Part shown: one piece after another, positions 39,741-49,728 of the stretch
Layout of the letters: each line of letters starts with the position of its first letter
Position numbering within the stretch: position 1 is the first letter of the stretch
From: Candidatus Latescibacterota bacterium
GTDB lineage: Bacteria; Latescibacterota; UBA2968; UBA8231
DNA: 64,000 bases
Direction: 5' to 3'
Assembly (NCBI GenBank): GCA_965208105.1
Contig: OZ242318.1
Coordinates: 3,520,001-3,584,000, forward strand
Notes under the pieces: generated by a model
Seen by the model: the letters and a program-made list of their open reading frames with translations, nothing else
The model's database searches: none
Told to the model about the DNA's origin: nothing
Position numbers and translations under genes: made by a program

Positions 39741-41900
39741 ATGAAACGCGAGATCCCGGCGCAAATTCGCCGCCTCCTGGAGGGGCGCGACGCGTCGCCC
39801 GGCGAGGCCGCGGACAGGCGCGGCGGAGTGGGGCTGCGGGCCTTCCTGGTGGGGGCCGCCCTGAGCTTCTTCCTGGCGGTTGGCGCTCCGTACGCCATGT
39901 TGCTGGTGAAGGGTCCCTACCTTGCCCAGAACGCCACCGCATCGGGTGCCTTTCTGCTCCTCATCTTCATCGTCGGCATTCTGAACGCCCTGTTCAAGCT
40001 GGGGGCGCGCAGCAGTTCCGCGGCCATGACCCTTGCCTTGCTGGGCCTGGCCCTCTTCACGGCCGCGTTCTGGCCGCTGCGCGATCTCGACCCCCACTCG
40101 CCCCACCTGATTTTCTCCGCCATCCTCGTCCTGCTCCTGTTCCTCAACGCGGCGCTGAGGTGGCACGGCCACAGCCTGGCGCTCAACCGCGCCGAGCTGG
40201 TGCTGGTATACATCATGCTACTGGTGGTGTCGGCCGTGGCCACCCTAGGGCTGGGCACCATTCTGCTGCCGGTGGTCACCGGACTGTTCTACTACGCTTC
40301 ACCGGAGAACGGATGGATGGAGCGGCTGGTCCCGCATTTGCCCGGGAGGGCGGTTCTCGTCGACGACGGCAACCGCAACACCTCGTTCTACGAGGGGCTG
40401 GACCCGGGTCAGCAGGCGCCCTACGCGGCCTGGGTCGAGCCCTTGATCTGGTGGTCCATTTTTCTGGGGGCGCTCTACCTGTCGGTTATTTCGGCGGCGG
40501 TGATCCTGCGCCGCCAGTGGGTGGAGCACGAGCGCCTGCCCTACCCGGTTGCCCAGGTGCCCCTCGCCCTGTTGCAGGGCGAGGAGGAAGGCAGGCTGGT
40601 CAACGGCTTCTTCAAGAATCCGTGGATGTGGCTGGGATGCGCCCTGCCCCTGGTCATCGGCAGCCTGAGGGCTTGGAACGCCTACGATCCGGCGGTGGTG
40701 CAGCCGAAGGTTTTCTGGCTGTTGCCCATTTTCCACGTCGAGGAGCTGGTCCTGCAGATAAGCTTTCTCTGGATCGGCTTCTGCTACTTCATCAACACCA
40801 AGATCGTCGCCGCCATGTTGATCTTCCATATCCTCTTCAAGCTGGAAGGCTGGGGCCTGGCCGCCCTCGGCCTGCACGCCTGGCAGGGAGGGTCGATCGC
40901 CGGGTTCCGCGCCGCCCCCCTGCTGGTCTATCAGGGAAGCGGGGCCCTCATCGCACTGGTGCTGGCGGGCTTGTGGGTGGCCAGGGGGCATCTGCTGGGG
41001 GTGGTCCGCAAGGCGCTGGGGCGGGCGCCGGAGTTGGACGACGGCGGAGAGATCCTATCCTACCGCGCGGCCCTGGCGGGGGTGATTGCCGGGCCGTCGG
41101 TGATGGCGGGCTGGCTGTGGCTGATGGGAGTCCCAGCCTGGATCGCCGCCCTGTTCGTGGTGCTGCAGCTGCTGATTTTCACCGGGATCAGCCGCTATGT
41201 GGCCGAGGCCGGAATGGTGAGGATGGCCGCGCCCATCGCCGCTCCGAGCCTGGTGATCCACAGCCTGGGCTCGGGGTTGATCGGTCCCACCGGAGTGATA
41301 TCCCTGGCCCTGGGCACCTCCTGGAGCCTCAACAACACCATCAACCTGATGACCCTGCTGACCAACGGCCTGCGCCTGGTGGGGGAGATGGACCGGCGCA
41401 GCCGGCGCTGGGTCCTGGGCGCCGTGACCCTGGCCCTGACCCTGGGAATAGTCGGTTCGTTCTGGATGATCATGCACCTGGCCTTCAAGTACGGGGGGAT
41501 AAATCTGCACAGCTCCTACTTCGGCAGGTTCCCGCGCAGTGTCTTCAGCCTTGCCGCGGCCAGTCTGGACCCGGGCATGGTCTACTGGACCGGGTTGGGC
41601 TTCTTTGCCGGGGGAGCGGCTGTCATGGTGCTGATGATATGGGCGCGCCTGCGCTACGCCTGGTGGCCCCTGCATCCCCTCGGATTCCCCGTGGGCATGG
41701 TCATGCAATATTTCTGGCTGAGCATGCTGGTGGCGTGGCTGATCAAGACCCTGGTGCTGCGCTACGGGGGGGCGGCCGCCTACCGCCGCACCCAGCCATT
41801 CTTCCTCGGCCTCATCGCCGGGCACGTTCTCTGCACCGGCTCCTGGATAGTTGTCGACTCGTTCACCGGGATGACGGGCAACATCACCTGGCAGATGTAG
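39741..41900 (+). CDS. Large multi-pass membrane protein (DUF6785/DUF6784-like), putative transporter
   Basis: ILRRQW.EHERL.YP.AQ.P, R.VAEAG, WWPLHPLG, W.IK..VLRYGG...Y.R..PFFLGLI.G. Confidence 0.8.
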   Translation: MKREIPAQIRRLLEGRDASPGEAADRRGGVGLRAFLVGAALSFFLAVGAPYAMLLVKGPYLAQNATASGAFLLLIFIVGILNALFKLGARSSSAAMTLALLGLALFTAAFWPLRDLDPHSPHLIFSAILVLLLFLNAALRWHGHSLALNRAELVLVYIMLLVVSAVATLGLGTILLPVVTGLFYYASPENGWMERLVPHLPGRAVLVDDGNRNTSFYEGLDPGQQAPYAAWVEPLIWWSIFLGALYLSVISAAVILRRQWVEHERLPYPVAQVPLALLQGEEEGRLVNGFFKNPWMWLGCALPLVIGSLRAWNAYDPAVVQPKVFWLLPIFHVEELVLQISFLWIGFCYFINTKIVAAMLIFHILFKLEGWGLAALGLHAWQGGSIAGFRAAPLLVYQGSGALIALVLAGLWVARGHLLGVVRKALGRAPELDDGGEILSYRAALAGVIAGPSVMAGWLWLMGVPAWIAALFVVLQLLIFTGISRYVAEAGMVRMAAPIAAPSLVIHSLGSGLIGPTGVISLALGTSWSLNNTINLMTLLTNGLRLVGEMDRRSRRWVLGAVTLALTLGIVGSFWMIMHLAFKYGGINLHSSYFGRFPRSVFSLAAASLDPGMVYWTGLGFFAGGAAVMVLMIWARLRYAWWPLHPLGFPVGMVMQYFWLSMLVAWLIKTLVLRYGGAAAYRRTQPFFLGLIAGHVLCTGSWIVVDSFTGMTGNITWQM

Positions 41901-42030
41901 GCGCTTTCCCGGCATACAAAACAGTTGACCGCGCCGCGGCAAAGCCCTATAACTCCATGGGGAGGTGGTGGACGCGAGGGCATGACCCGTTCTCCGTTGC
42001 CCCGGACGGACCGGCCGGGAAGGAGAGGCC

Positions 42031-42846
42031 ATGAGCGATCTTGAAATGCAACAGTACCTGTTCGACGTGCAGGGCTACCTGGTGATTGAAGGGGTGCTGA
42101 GCGCGGAGGAGTTGGCGGCGCTCAACCAGCTCGTCGACGCGCAGCGACTGCCCCCGCCCGAGGAAGCTCACAGATTCGGCAGTGCGGCGGGAAGGACGCC
42201 GGAAGGTCCCGGCTTCCTGGGCTGGGGCCGGCCATTCTGCGACCTGCTCGACCATCCCAGCACCATGCCCATTCTGCGTTTCAGGCTGGGGGACTGCTTC
42301 CGCCTCGACCGCATATACGGATTGCAGATGAGCGCGGGCATGACCTGGGGCCCCCTCCACGCGGATTACGGCGCCTTCGCCCTCCACGCCGAGTCGAAAC
42401 CCGCAGAGTACCACCCCTTCCGCGACAACCAGATCCTCAACGGGTTCGCGGTGGCCGCCTGGAACCTGACGGCGGCCGGGCCCGACCACGGCGGGTTCTG
42501 CTGCATACCCGGCAGCCACAAGACCAACTTCCGATTGCCTCAAAAGGTCTTCGACGCCCCCGACCAGGCGCCCTGCGTGGTCATCCCGGATGCGCCGGCA
42601 GGTTCGGTCACCCTGTTCACCGAGGCCCTGACCCATGGCACCGCGGGCTGGAGGGCGCCGCACCAGCGCCGCGCCCTCCTCTACAAGTACTGCGTTTCGC
42701 ACATGGCGTGGTCGTCGCGCAGGGTGCGGCCGCCGGAGACCGTGGAGCTGACTCCGCGCCAGCAGATTCTGTTCTCTGAACCGGGCGACCCCCATCGATT
42801 CTTCCCCTCCATGTTTGCGGAATCCGAAAGCGAGGCGGTGTCCTGA
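42031..42846 (+). CDS. PhyH family dioxygenase
   Basis: YLFDVQGYL, LHAD, GGF..IPGSHK.NF, FTEALTHG, RR.LLYKY. Confidence 0.9.
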   Translation: MSDLEMQQYLFDVQGYLVIEGVLSAEELAALNQLVDAQRLPPPEEAHRFGSAAGRTPEGPGFLGWGRPFCDLLDHPSTMPILRFRLGDCFRLDRIYGLQMSAGMTWGPLHADYGAFALHAESKPAEYHPFRDNQILNGFAVAAWNLTAAGPDHGGFCCIPGSHKTNFRLPQKVFDAPDQAPCVVIPDAPAGSVTLFTEALTHGTAGWRAPHQRRALLYKYCVSHMAWSSRRVRPPETVELTPRQQILFSEPGDPHRFFPSMFAESESEAVS

Positions 42847-43862
42847 ACCCTGTCGCCGCGGTCAAGCGCGTCCCCTTCGCCGACCTCCACGCCGAGTTCA
42901 GGCGCATTCTCCTGGGAGAGGGATTCAGCCCCGGGCGCGGCGACCGCTGCGCCCGCATCTTTGCCGAAAATACCCGGGACGGGGTCGATTCCCACGGAAT
43001 CAACAGGTTCCCGGGGTTCGTGGAATCGTGCCGCGGCGGGGTGGTCGACCTGGGCGCCGAAGCCGTCCCGGTCAAGCGGCTGGGGGCCATCGAACAGTGG
43101 GACGGGAAGGGCGGTGTGGGCCTTCTGAACGCCGAGGCGGCCATGGCCCGGGCGGTGGAACTGGCCGCCGCCCACGGGACCGGCTGCGTCGGCCTGAAGA
43201 ACACCAACCACTGGATGCGCGCCGGCACCTATGGCCTCCAGGCGGCCGACGCCGGGTGCATCGGCATTTGCTGGACCAACACCACCGCCCTCATGCCTCC
43301 CTGGGGAGGGGCGGAGCCGAAGGTGGGCAACAATCCCCTGACCCTGTGCGTCCCCCATGGCGGCGGTCACGTGCTCCTCGACATGGCCATGAGCCAGTAC
43401 TCCAACGGCAGGCTCGAAGTTCTGCAGCGGCGCGGCGAGAAGCTGGACTGGCCGGGAGGATACGACGAGGAGGGAAGCCCCACCACCGATCCCGGGGCCA
43501 TCCTCAGGAGCCGGCGGGCCCTGCCCATCGGCTACTGGAAGGGATCGGGCCTGGCGCTGATGCTCGATCTCACCGCGACCCTCATCTCCGGGGGAGACTG
43601 CACCGCCGCCATCGCGAGCCGGCGGGGTGAAACCAGGGTCTCCCAGGTCTTCATGGCAGTCGACGCGAGCTCGCTGGCCGGAGACCGCCGGCTGCAGGGT
43701 ACCGTCGCCCGGGTCCTCGCGGATTTCAAGGACGTTCCCGCCCTCGAAGAGATGGGCGCGGTGCGCTATCCCGGAGAGGGGATGCTGGCCTTCCGGCGCG
43801 ACAGCCTGGAGAACGGCGTCCCGGTGGACCCGGACCTGTGGCGGCGGGTCAGGGAGATGTAA
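42843..43862 (+). CDS. yiaK: 3-dehydro-L-gulonate 2-dehydrogenase (Ldh_2 family), probable CTG start
   Basis: G..SHGINRFP upstream of the predicted GTG43020; N.NHWMR.G.YG, GNNPL, DM.MSQ.S, GYWKGSG, RYPG. Confidence 0.85.
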   Translation: MNPVAAVKRVPFADLHAEFRRILLGEGFSPGRGDRCARIFAENTRDGVDSHGINRFPGFVESCRGGVVDLGAEAVPVKRLGAIEQWDGKGGVGLLNAEAAMARAVELAAAHGTGCVGLKNTNHWMRAGTYGLQAADAGCIGICWTNTTALMPPWGGAEPKVGNNPLTLCVPHGGGHVLLDMAMSQYSNGRLEVLQRRGEKLDWPGGYDEEGSPTTDPGAILRSRRALPIGYWKGSGLALMLDLTATLISGGDCTAAIASRRGETRVSQVFMAVDASSLAGDRRLQGTVARVLADFKDVPALEEMGAVRYPGEGMLAFRRDSLENGVPVDPDLWRRVREM

Positions 43863-43911
43863 CCAATCCCCATGCCGGTGCGCCCAGGCACCGGGTTGAA
43901 AGGCGGCAGCA

Positions 43912-44859
43912 ATGAAGATTTCCGTGTGGAACGAAGACCTCTCCGAGCGCTACCTCAGGCAGGTGACCCAGTTGGGAGCCGAGTACATCGACTTCGGTTC
44001 CGGCGACTGGTTTCCGGGGGTCGCCGAGCAGGGCTACCCCGACCTCGATGCGGTGATCGAAACGCGCCGGAAGATCCGCTCCGGCGGCCTGGACATCAAC
44101 CGCGTCACCCTTCCTGACATCGGCGCCGATTTCATGGCCGGGCGCCCCGAAGGAGACCGGGACCTGGAGAACACCTGCCACGCCCTGCGGGTCTTCGCCG
44201 AGGCCGGATGCCCGCTGGCCAGGCAGCGGTTCGCCGGCGACACCTTCGGCCACCTGATGGCGCGGTCCATGACCCCCCACCGCGGCGGTTACATGGCGCG
44301 CGCCGAAAGCCTGGTGATCCCCTCCCCCGCGATTCCCGGCCGCGAAGAGCTCGATTCGTGGTGGGAGCGCTTCCGCCTGGTCTACGACGCCCTGGTGCCC
44401 ATCGCCGACGAGACCGGGATCAAGCTCGTAATGCACCCGTCGGACGTGCCCAACCAGGATACCCCCTTCGGCGGCATCGGGTTTCACCGCGTCATCGACC
44501 AGTACCCCAGCCCCAGGGTTGGCTACCTCTACTGCTGCGGCACCCGCGCCGCGGCCGGCGGTTCGGCCATCGTCCTCGACGAGATCAACAGCTACGGCCG
44601 CAAGGACCGGATCTTCATGGTCCACCTCCGCAACGTCCGCGGCAGCCTGGCCACCGCCGGGGGCTTCGAGGAGGTGTTGCTCGACGACGGCGACATGAAC
44701 ATGTTCCGCGTCCTGCAGGCGCTGGACAAGGTCGGCTTCGACGGCTGCATCAACCCCGACCACCATCCGCGCCTCGAAGGGGACGGCGACCGGGTGGTCG
44801 CCCTGGGCTACGCCATCGGCTACATCAAGGCCTGTCTCGCGGCCTTGTCCGTGGTCTAA
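43912..44859 (+). CDS. Mannonate dehydratase (UxuA) family protein
   Basis: HPSD.P, HLRNVRG, D.GDM.M, PDH.P, YAIGY.KA. Confidence 0.85.
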   Translation: MKISVWNEDLSERYLRQVTQLGAEYIDFGSGDWFPGVAEQGYPDLDAVIETRRKIRSGGLDINRVTLPDIGADFMAGRPEGDRDLENTCHALRVFAEAGCPLARQRFAGDTFGHLMARSMTPHRGGYMARAESLVIPSPAIPGREELDSWWERFRLVYDALVPIADETGIKLVMHPSDVPNQDTPFGGIGFHRVIDQYPSPRVGYLYCCGTRAAAGGSAIVLDEINSYGRKDRIFMVHLRNVRGSLATAGGFEEVLLDDGDMNMFRVLQALDKVGFDGCINPDHHPRLEGDGDRVVALGYAIGYIKACLAALSVV

Positions 44860-44969
44860 CAGCTCGTATCCCCTAGCAGATGGCGGGGTTTGATCCGACC
44901 TGCGCCGGAGCCTACCTTATGGCCGCGGTGGCCGTTGCATGCAATAATGGCGCACCCGCGGGAAATCCC

Positions 44970-46535
44970 ATGAACATCGCCCAGCTTTTGACCAAGTCCG
45001 CCCGCACCTTCCCCGACAACCTGGCCCTCGCCCACGGGTCGGCGCGGTGGACCTACGCCCAGTTCGACGCCCGCGCCAACCGCCTTGCCCAGGCCCTCCA
45101 CCGGCTCGGGGTGCGGCCCGGAGACCACGTGGCCATCCTGATGTACAATCTGCCCGAAATGCTGGAGTCGCTGTTCGCCTGCTTCAAGGCGGGCTGCGTG
45201 GCGGTGCCCATAAACTTCCGCCTGCACCCCAGGGAGTTCGTCTTCATCATCGATCATTCCGAGGCCGCCGCGGTCATCTTCTCGCCCGAGTTCAACGAGC
45301 CCATCGCGCAGATGGGCGCGAGTCTGCCCCGGGTCCGCCACCGGATCGCGGTGGAGGGTGCCGCGGGCGAGGTCCTGGACTACGAGGCCCTGCTGGCGGC
45401 CGAGTCCCCCCGGTTCGCCGACGCCGAGGTGGACGGGGGCGACGTCGCCTGGATCTTCTACACCTCGGGGACCACGGGACAGCCGAAGGGCGCCATGCTG
45501 ACCCATCGCAACCTGCTCGCCATGACCATGAATTTCTACGCCGATCTGAGCCGGGGCTTCGGCCCCGGGGACGTGGCCCTGCACGCCGCGCCCCTGTCCC
45601 ACGGCAGCGGCCTCTACGCCCTGCCCAATATCGGCAAGGCCGCGGCCAACGTCATTCCCGAGTCCAAGTCCTTCGACCCCGAGCAGGTGTTGGCCGCTGT
45701 CCAGGATTACGGCGTCACCAACATGTTCGCGGCGCCCACCATGATAAAGCGCCTGGTGGACAGTCCGGCCGTGGGCCGCTATGACTGCAGCTCGCTGAAA
45801 ACCCTGAACTACGGCGGCGGTCCCATGCTGGCCGAAGACCTGCTGCAGGCCATGAGAAGGTTCGGGCCGTGCCTGGTGCAACTCTACGGACAGGGCGAAT
45901 CCCCCATGACCATCACCTACCTTCCCCATCGCGACCACCTCCTGGAAGGTACGGAGGAGCAGATGAAGCGCCTGAGCTCGGCCGGCTTCGCGCGCACCGA
46001 CGTCGAGGTCAGGATCTTCGACGAGGAGGGCAACGAGGTTGCCCCGGGGGAGATGGGCGAGGTGGTGACGCGCTCGGACCTGGTGATGAAGGGCTACTGG
46101 AAGAACCCGCGGGCCACGGCGGAAACCCTGAGGAACGGATGGCTGCACACCGGCGACGTGGGCTATCTCGACGAGCGCGGCTACCTCTTCCTCATGGACC
46201 GCTCGAAGGACATGATCGTAAGCGGCGGCGAGAACATCTACCCGCGCGAAATCGAGGAGGTGGTCATCCAGCATCCGGCGGTGGCCGAGGTCGCCGTCAT
46301 CGGCGTTCCCGACCCGCAGTGGGGGGAGGCGATCAAGGCCGTTGTCGCCCTCGTTCCCGGCTGCGAAGCCACCGAGGAGGAGCTCATCGATTTCTGCAGG
46401 GAATACATCGCCGGCTACAAGAAGCCCAAATCGGTGGACTTCGTCGAAGAGTTGCCCAAGAACAACTACGGCAAGATCGTGAAGCACTCGCTGCGGGCGC
46501 AGTACTGGGAGGGGAAGGAGAGCAGAGTCATTTGA
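44970..46535 (+). CDS. Long-chain acyl-CoA synthetase (AMP-binding)
   Basis: YTSGTTGQPKG, YGQGE, GWLHTGD, DR.KDMI.SGGENIY, LPKN..GK. Confidence 0.95.
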   Translation: MNIAQLLTKSARTFPDNLALAHGSARWTYAQFDARANRLAQALHRLGVRPGDHVAILMYNLPEMLESLFACFKAGCVAVPINFRLHPREFVFIIDHSEAAAVIFSPEFNEPIAQMGASLPRVRHRIAVEGAAGEVLDYEALLAAESPRFADAEVDGGDVAWIFYTSGTTGQPKGAMLTHRNLLAMTMNFYADLSRGFGPGDVALHAAPLSHGSGLYALPNIGKAAANVIPESKSFDPEQVLAAVQDYGVTNMFAAPTMIKRLVDSPAVGRYDCSSLKTLNYGGGPMLAEDLLQAMRRFGPCLVQLYGQGESPMTITYLPHRDHLLEGTEEQMKRLSSAGFARTDVEVRIFDEEGNEVAPGEMGEVVTRSDLVMKGYWKNPRATAETLRNGWLHTGDVGYLDERGYLFLMDRSKDMIVSGGENIYPREIEEVVIQHPAVAEVAVIGVPDPQWGEAIKAVVALVPGCEATEEELIDFCREYIAGYKKPKSVDFVEELPKNNYGKIVKHSLRAQYWEGKESRVI

Positions 46536-46558
46536 ATCGTGACCGGAGAGGGGAGAGA

Positions 46559-47830
46559 ATGGCAACGGCAAAGAAGCGCAGGCTGGGCCGGGGGGTGGCG
46601 ATGGTAGGCGCGGGCATGTCCAACTTCGACATGTTCCCCGAGAAGGACTCCAAGGATTTGTTCTCGGAGGCCTTCCGGGAATTGGTCGCCTCGGTGGACA
46701 AGGGAGTCGACCCCGGCGACATCGACGCCCTCTACCTGGGCAACTTCACCAACGACTTCTTCGTGGGGCAGTCCCACTGGGGCGCGATCATCGCCGATGC
46801 CGCGGGCCTGGTGCCCAGACCGGCAACGCGCACGGAAGGGGCCTGCGCCTCCAGCGCCATAGCCTTCAGGGAAGGGGTCTTCGCCATCGCGTCCGGGTTC
46901 TACGACATGGTCCTGGTGGCCGGGGTCGAGGACATGTCCAAGCGCTCCACCGCCGAGGTCGCCGAGGGCCTGGCGGTGGCCGCGGTGCCCTACGAGCGCA
47001 AGTCGGGCTTCACCTTTCCAGGGGTGTTCGGGGCCATAGCCACCGCCTACTTCGAGCGCTACGGCGCCGGCCGCGAGCACCTCATGAACGTCACCATCAA
47101 GAGCCACGACAACGCGCCCCTCAATCCGAGGGCCCAGTACCGCTCGTCGGTGGGGGACATCATGGCCTCCAGGATCGCCCGCGCCGAGAGCCGGGGGGAG
47201 GCGGTGCCCGCGTGGGCGGACGAGAAAGACTTTCTCGGCGACCCCAGGGTGAATCCACCTGTCGCCTGGCCCATGCACCTCTTCGACTGCTGCCCGATCA
47301 GCGACGGCGCCGTCTGCATCCTGCTGGTGGGCGAGGAGATCGCCCGCAATTTCACCGACGCTCCCCTCCACGTGGTGGGCATCGGGCAGGGCAGCGGCAG
47401 GGGGCTCCACGCCGCCAGCGACCTGACCTCCTTCGAGGCCACGCGCTACGCCGCCCGGGAAGCCTACGCCATGGCGGGAATCGGGCCCGGTGACGTGCAT
47501 TGCGCCGAGGTGCACGACTGTTTTTCCATAGCGGAAATCATCCACATCGAGGACCTCGGGTTCTTCCCGCCGGGCGAAGGCTACAGGGCGGTGGAGGAAG
47601 GAGCGACGCGGCTCCACGGTCCCAAGCCGGTCAATACCTCGGGCGGCCTGAAGTGCAAGGGGCATCCCGTGGGGGCGACGGGGGCGGCCCAGCTGATGGA
47701 GATTTGGGAGCAGTTGCGCAGGGAGGCCGGAGAGAGGCAGGTGCCGAGCCCCGATCTGAGCCTGGGGGCGGCGCACAATCTGGGCGGGACCGGCGGCACC
47801 AGCACCGTCACCATCCTGGAGAGGAGATAG
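46559..47830 (+). CDS. SCP-x-type thiolase family protein
   Basis: EGACASS, EVHDCF, KGHPVGATG, HNLGG. Confidence 0.92.
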   Translation: MATAKKRRLGRGVAMVGAGMSNFDMFPEKDSKDLFSEAFRELVASVDKGVDPGDIDALYLGNFTNDFFVGQSHWGAIIADAAGLVPRPATRTEGACASSAIAFREGVFAIASGFYDMVLVAGVEDMSKRSTAEVAEGLAVAAVPYERKSGFTFPGVFGAIATAYFERYGAGREHLMNVTIKSHDNAPLNPRAQYRSSVGDIMASRIARAESRGEAVPAWADEKDFLGDPRVNPPVAWPMHLFDCCPISDGAVCILLVGEEIARNFTDAPLHVVGIGQGSGRGLHAASDLTSFEATRYAAREAYAMAGIGPGDVHCAEVHDCFSIAEIIHIEDLGFFPPGEGYRAVEEGATRLHGPKPVNTSGGLKCKGHPVGATGAAQLMEIWEQLRREAGERQVPSPDLSLGAAHNLGGTGGTSTVTILERR

Positions 47831-47833
47831 GCC

Positions 47834-48289
47834 TTGGAAGAGAGACCCATAAGCGACCACTGGTTCGAGGAGTTTCTCAAGGAAGAGAGGCTCATGGGAT
47901 CGCGCTGCCGGGACTGCGGCGCTCTCTTCGTTCCGCCGCGCGCCCTGTGCATCGAGTGCCACGGTGACGCGCTGCAATGGGCCGAGATGGGGGGGAAGGG
48001 AAAACTCGCCGCCTTCACCTCCATATTCATCGGCCCCCCCGCAATGGTCGAGGAAGGCTACGACCGGAAGAACCCCTACTGCACGGGCGTGGTGGAGCTG
48101 GAGGAGAGTCCCCGCGTCGTCGCCCGCATCGAAGGGGTGGACGCGCGCAACCCCGAGAGCATCGAGACCGGCACTCCCCTGGAGGCTTGCTTTCTGCACA
48201 GGGGCAGTGACGCGGAGCGCAGGACCATCCTGGCCTTCCGCCCCGCCCAGGCGGGACCCCGGAGCAAGCGGCCGCCGCGTTCCGGATAG
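47834..48289 (+). CDS. DUF35 zinc-ribbon/OB-fold acyl-CoA-binding protein
   Basis: CRDCG....PPR..C..C followed by an OB fold; directly after the thiolase. Confidence 0.9.
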   Translation: MEERPISDHWFEEFLKEERLMGSRCRDCGALFVPPRALCIECHGDALQWAEMGGKGKLAAFTSIFIGPPAMVEEGYDRKNPYCTGVVELEESPRVVARIEGVDARNPESIETGTPLEACFLHRGSDAERRTILAFRPAQAGPRSKRPPRSG

Positions 48290-48300
48290 AAGCTGGAGAA

Positions 48301-49620
48301 ATGCAGGGACGGAATTCGAGAAGGCCCAACGTCATCGTCTTCTTCACCGACCAGCAGCGGTGGGATACCACCGGGCTGCACGGCAATCCCCTGGACCTCA
48401 CGCCCAACCTCGACCGCATGGCCCGGCGCGGGACCCACCTGCGCTACTCGTTCACCTGCCAGCCGGTGTGCGGCCCGGCGCGGTCCTGCCTGCAGACGGG
48501 GTTGCACGCCACCAGGAGCGGGTGCTTTCGCAACGGCATTCCGCTGCCGTCCCATCTGAAGACCCTGGCCCATCACTTCGGCGGCGCCGGCTACGCCACC
48601 GGATACATCGGCAAGTGGCACCTCTACGAAGGTTCCGACGGGCCGGTGCCCGCCGAGCACCGCGCCGGATACGACTACTGGCTGGCGTCCAACATCCTGG
48701 AGTTCACCTCCGATTCCTACCGGACCACTCTCTACGACAACGACAACCGTGCCGTCGAACTCCCCGGCTACCGGGTCGACGCGGTCACCGACGCCATGAT
48801 CCGCTTCATCGACCGCCACCGGGAGCAGCCCTTCTTCCTTTTCACCTCCTACATCGAGCCGCACCACCAGAACCACCTGGACGACTATCCGCCGCCGGAG
48901 GGCTACCGGGAGCGCTACAGCGGAAGGTGGGTCCCGCCCGACCTGGCTGCGCTGGGTGGATCGGCGCACCGCCATCTGGGCGGTTATTTCGGCATGGTGA
49001 AGAGGCTGGACGAAGCCCTGGGACGGCTGCTGGACGCGCTCAGGAGCCTCGACCTGGCCGAGGACACCATCGTGCTCTTCACCTCCGATCACGGGTGCCA
49101 CTTCAAGACCCGCAACGGCGAGTACAAACGGTCCTGCCACGAAAGCTCGATCCGGGTGCCCACCGCCTTGCACGGAGCGGGATTCACCGGGGGCGGGCAG
49201 GTCCAGCAACTGGTGAGCCTGATCGACCTGCCCCCGACCCTGCTGGACGCGGCCGGACTGAAGGTGCCCGAGGAGGAGATGGAGGGACGGTCCATACTGC
49301 CGCTGCTGCGCGGCGACGCCGGCGGCTGGCCCGAGGAGGTCTTCTTCCAGATCAGCGAGTCCCAGGTCGGCCGGGGGGTGCGCACCCGGCGCTGGAAGTA
49401 CGGGGTCGACGCACCGGGCAAGGACGGCCGGCGAGACCCTGGGTCCTCCCGCTACGTGGAGCAGTACCTCTACGACTTGCAGGCCGACCCCCATGAACTG
49501 CGCAATCTCGCCGGCGCCGATTCCCACCGGGACGTGGCCGAAGACATGAAAGCGCGCCTTGTGCGGAGAATGGTCGCCGCCGGCGAAGCGGCGCCGGAGA
49601 TAGATGCGGCGCCGGCCTGA
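48301..49620 (+). CDS. Sulfatase (formylglycine-dependent, Cys type)
   Basis: RPNVI...TDQ, CGPAR (CxPxR), GKWHL, SDHG. Confidence 0.95.
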   Translation: MQGRNSRRPNVIVFFTDQQRWDTTGLHGNPLDLTPNLDRMARRGTHLRYSFTCQPVCGPARSCLQTGLHATRSGCFRNGIPLPSHLKTLAHHFGGAGYATGYIGKWHLYEGSDGPVPAEHRAGYDYWLASNILEFTSDSYRTTLYDNDNRAVELPGYRVDAVTDAMIRFIDRHREQPFFLFTSYIEPHHQNHLDDYPPPEGYRERYSGRWVPPDLAALGGSAHRHLGGYFGMVKRLDEALGRLLDALRSLDLAEDTIVLFTSDHGCHFKTRNGEYKRSCHESSIRVPTALHGAGFTGGGQVQQLVSLIDLPPTLLDAAGLKVPEEEMEGRSILPLLRGDAGGWPEEVFFQISESQVGRGVRTRRWKYGVDAPGKDGRRDPGSSRYVEQYLYDLQADPHELRNLAGADSHRDVAEDMKARLVRRMVAAGEAAPEIDAAPA

Positions 49621-49728
49621 GGCTGGCCAAGGGGTGCCCGGCCGCCACCGGAACCCGGGGCGGTATTCCGCAGTGGCCGCGACCCGACGATTGTCCTGAC
49701 TTCGCCAACCCTGCTCGAGGAGCACGAC

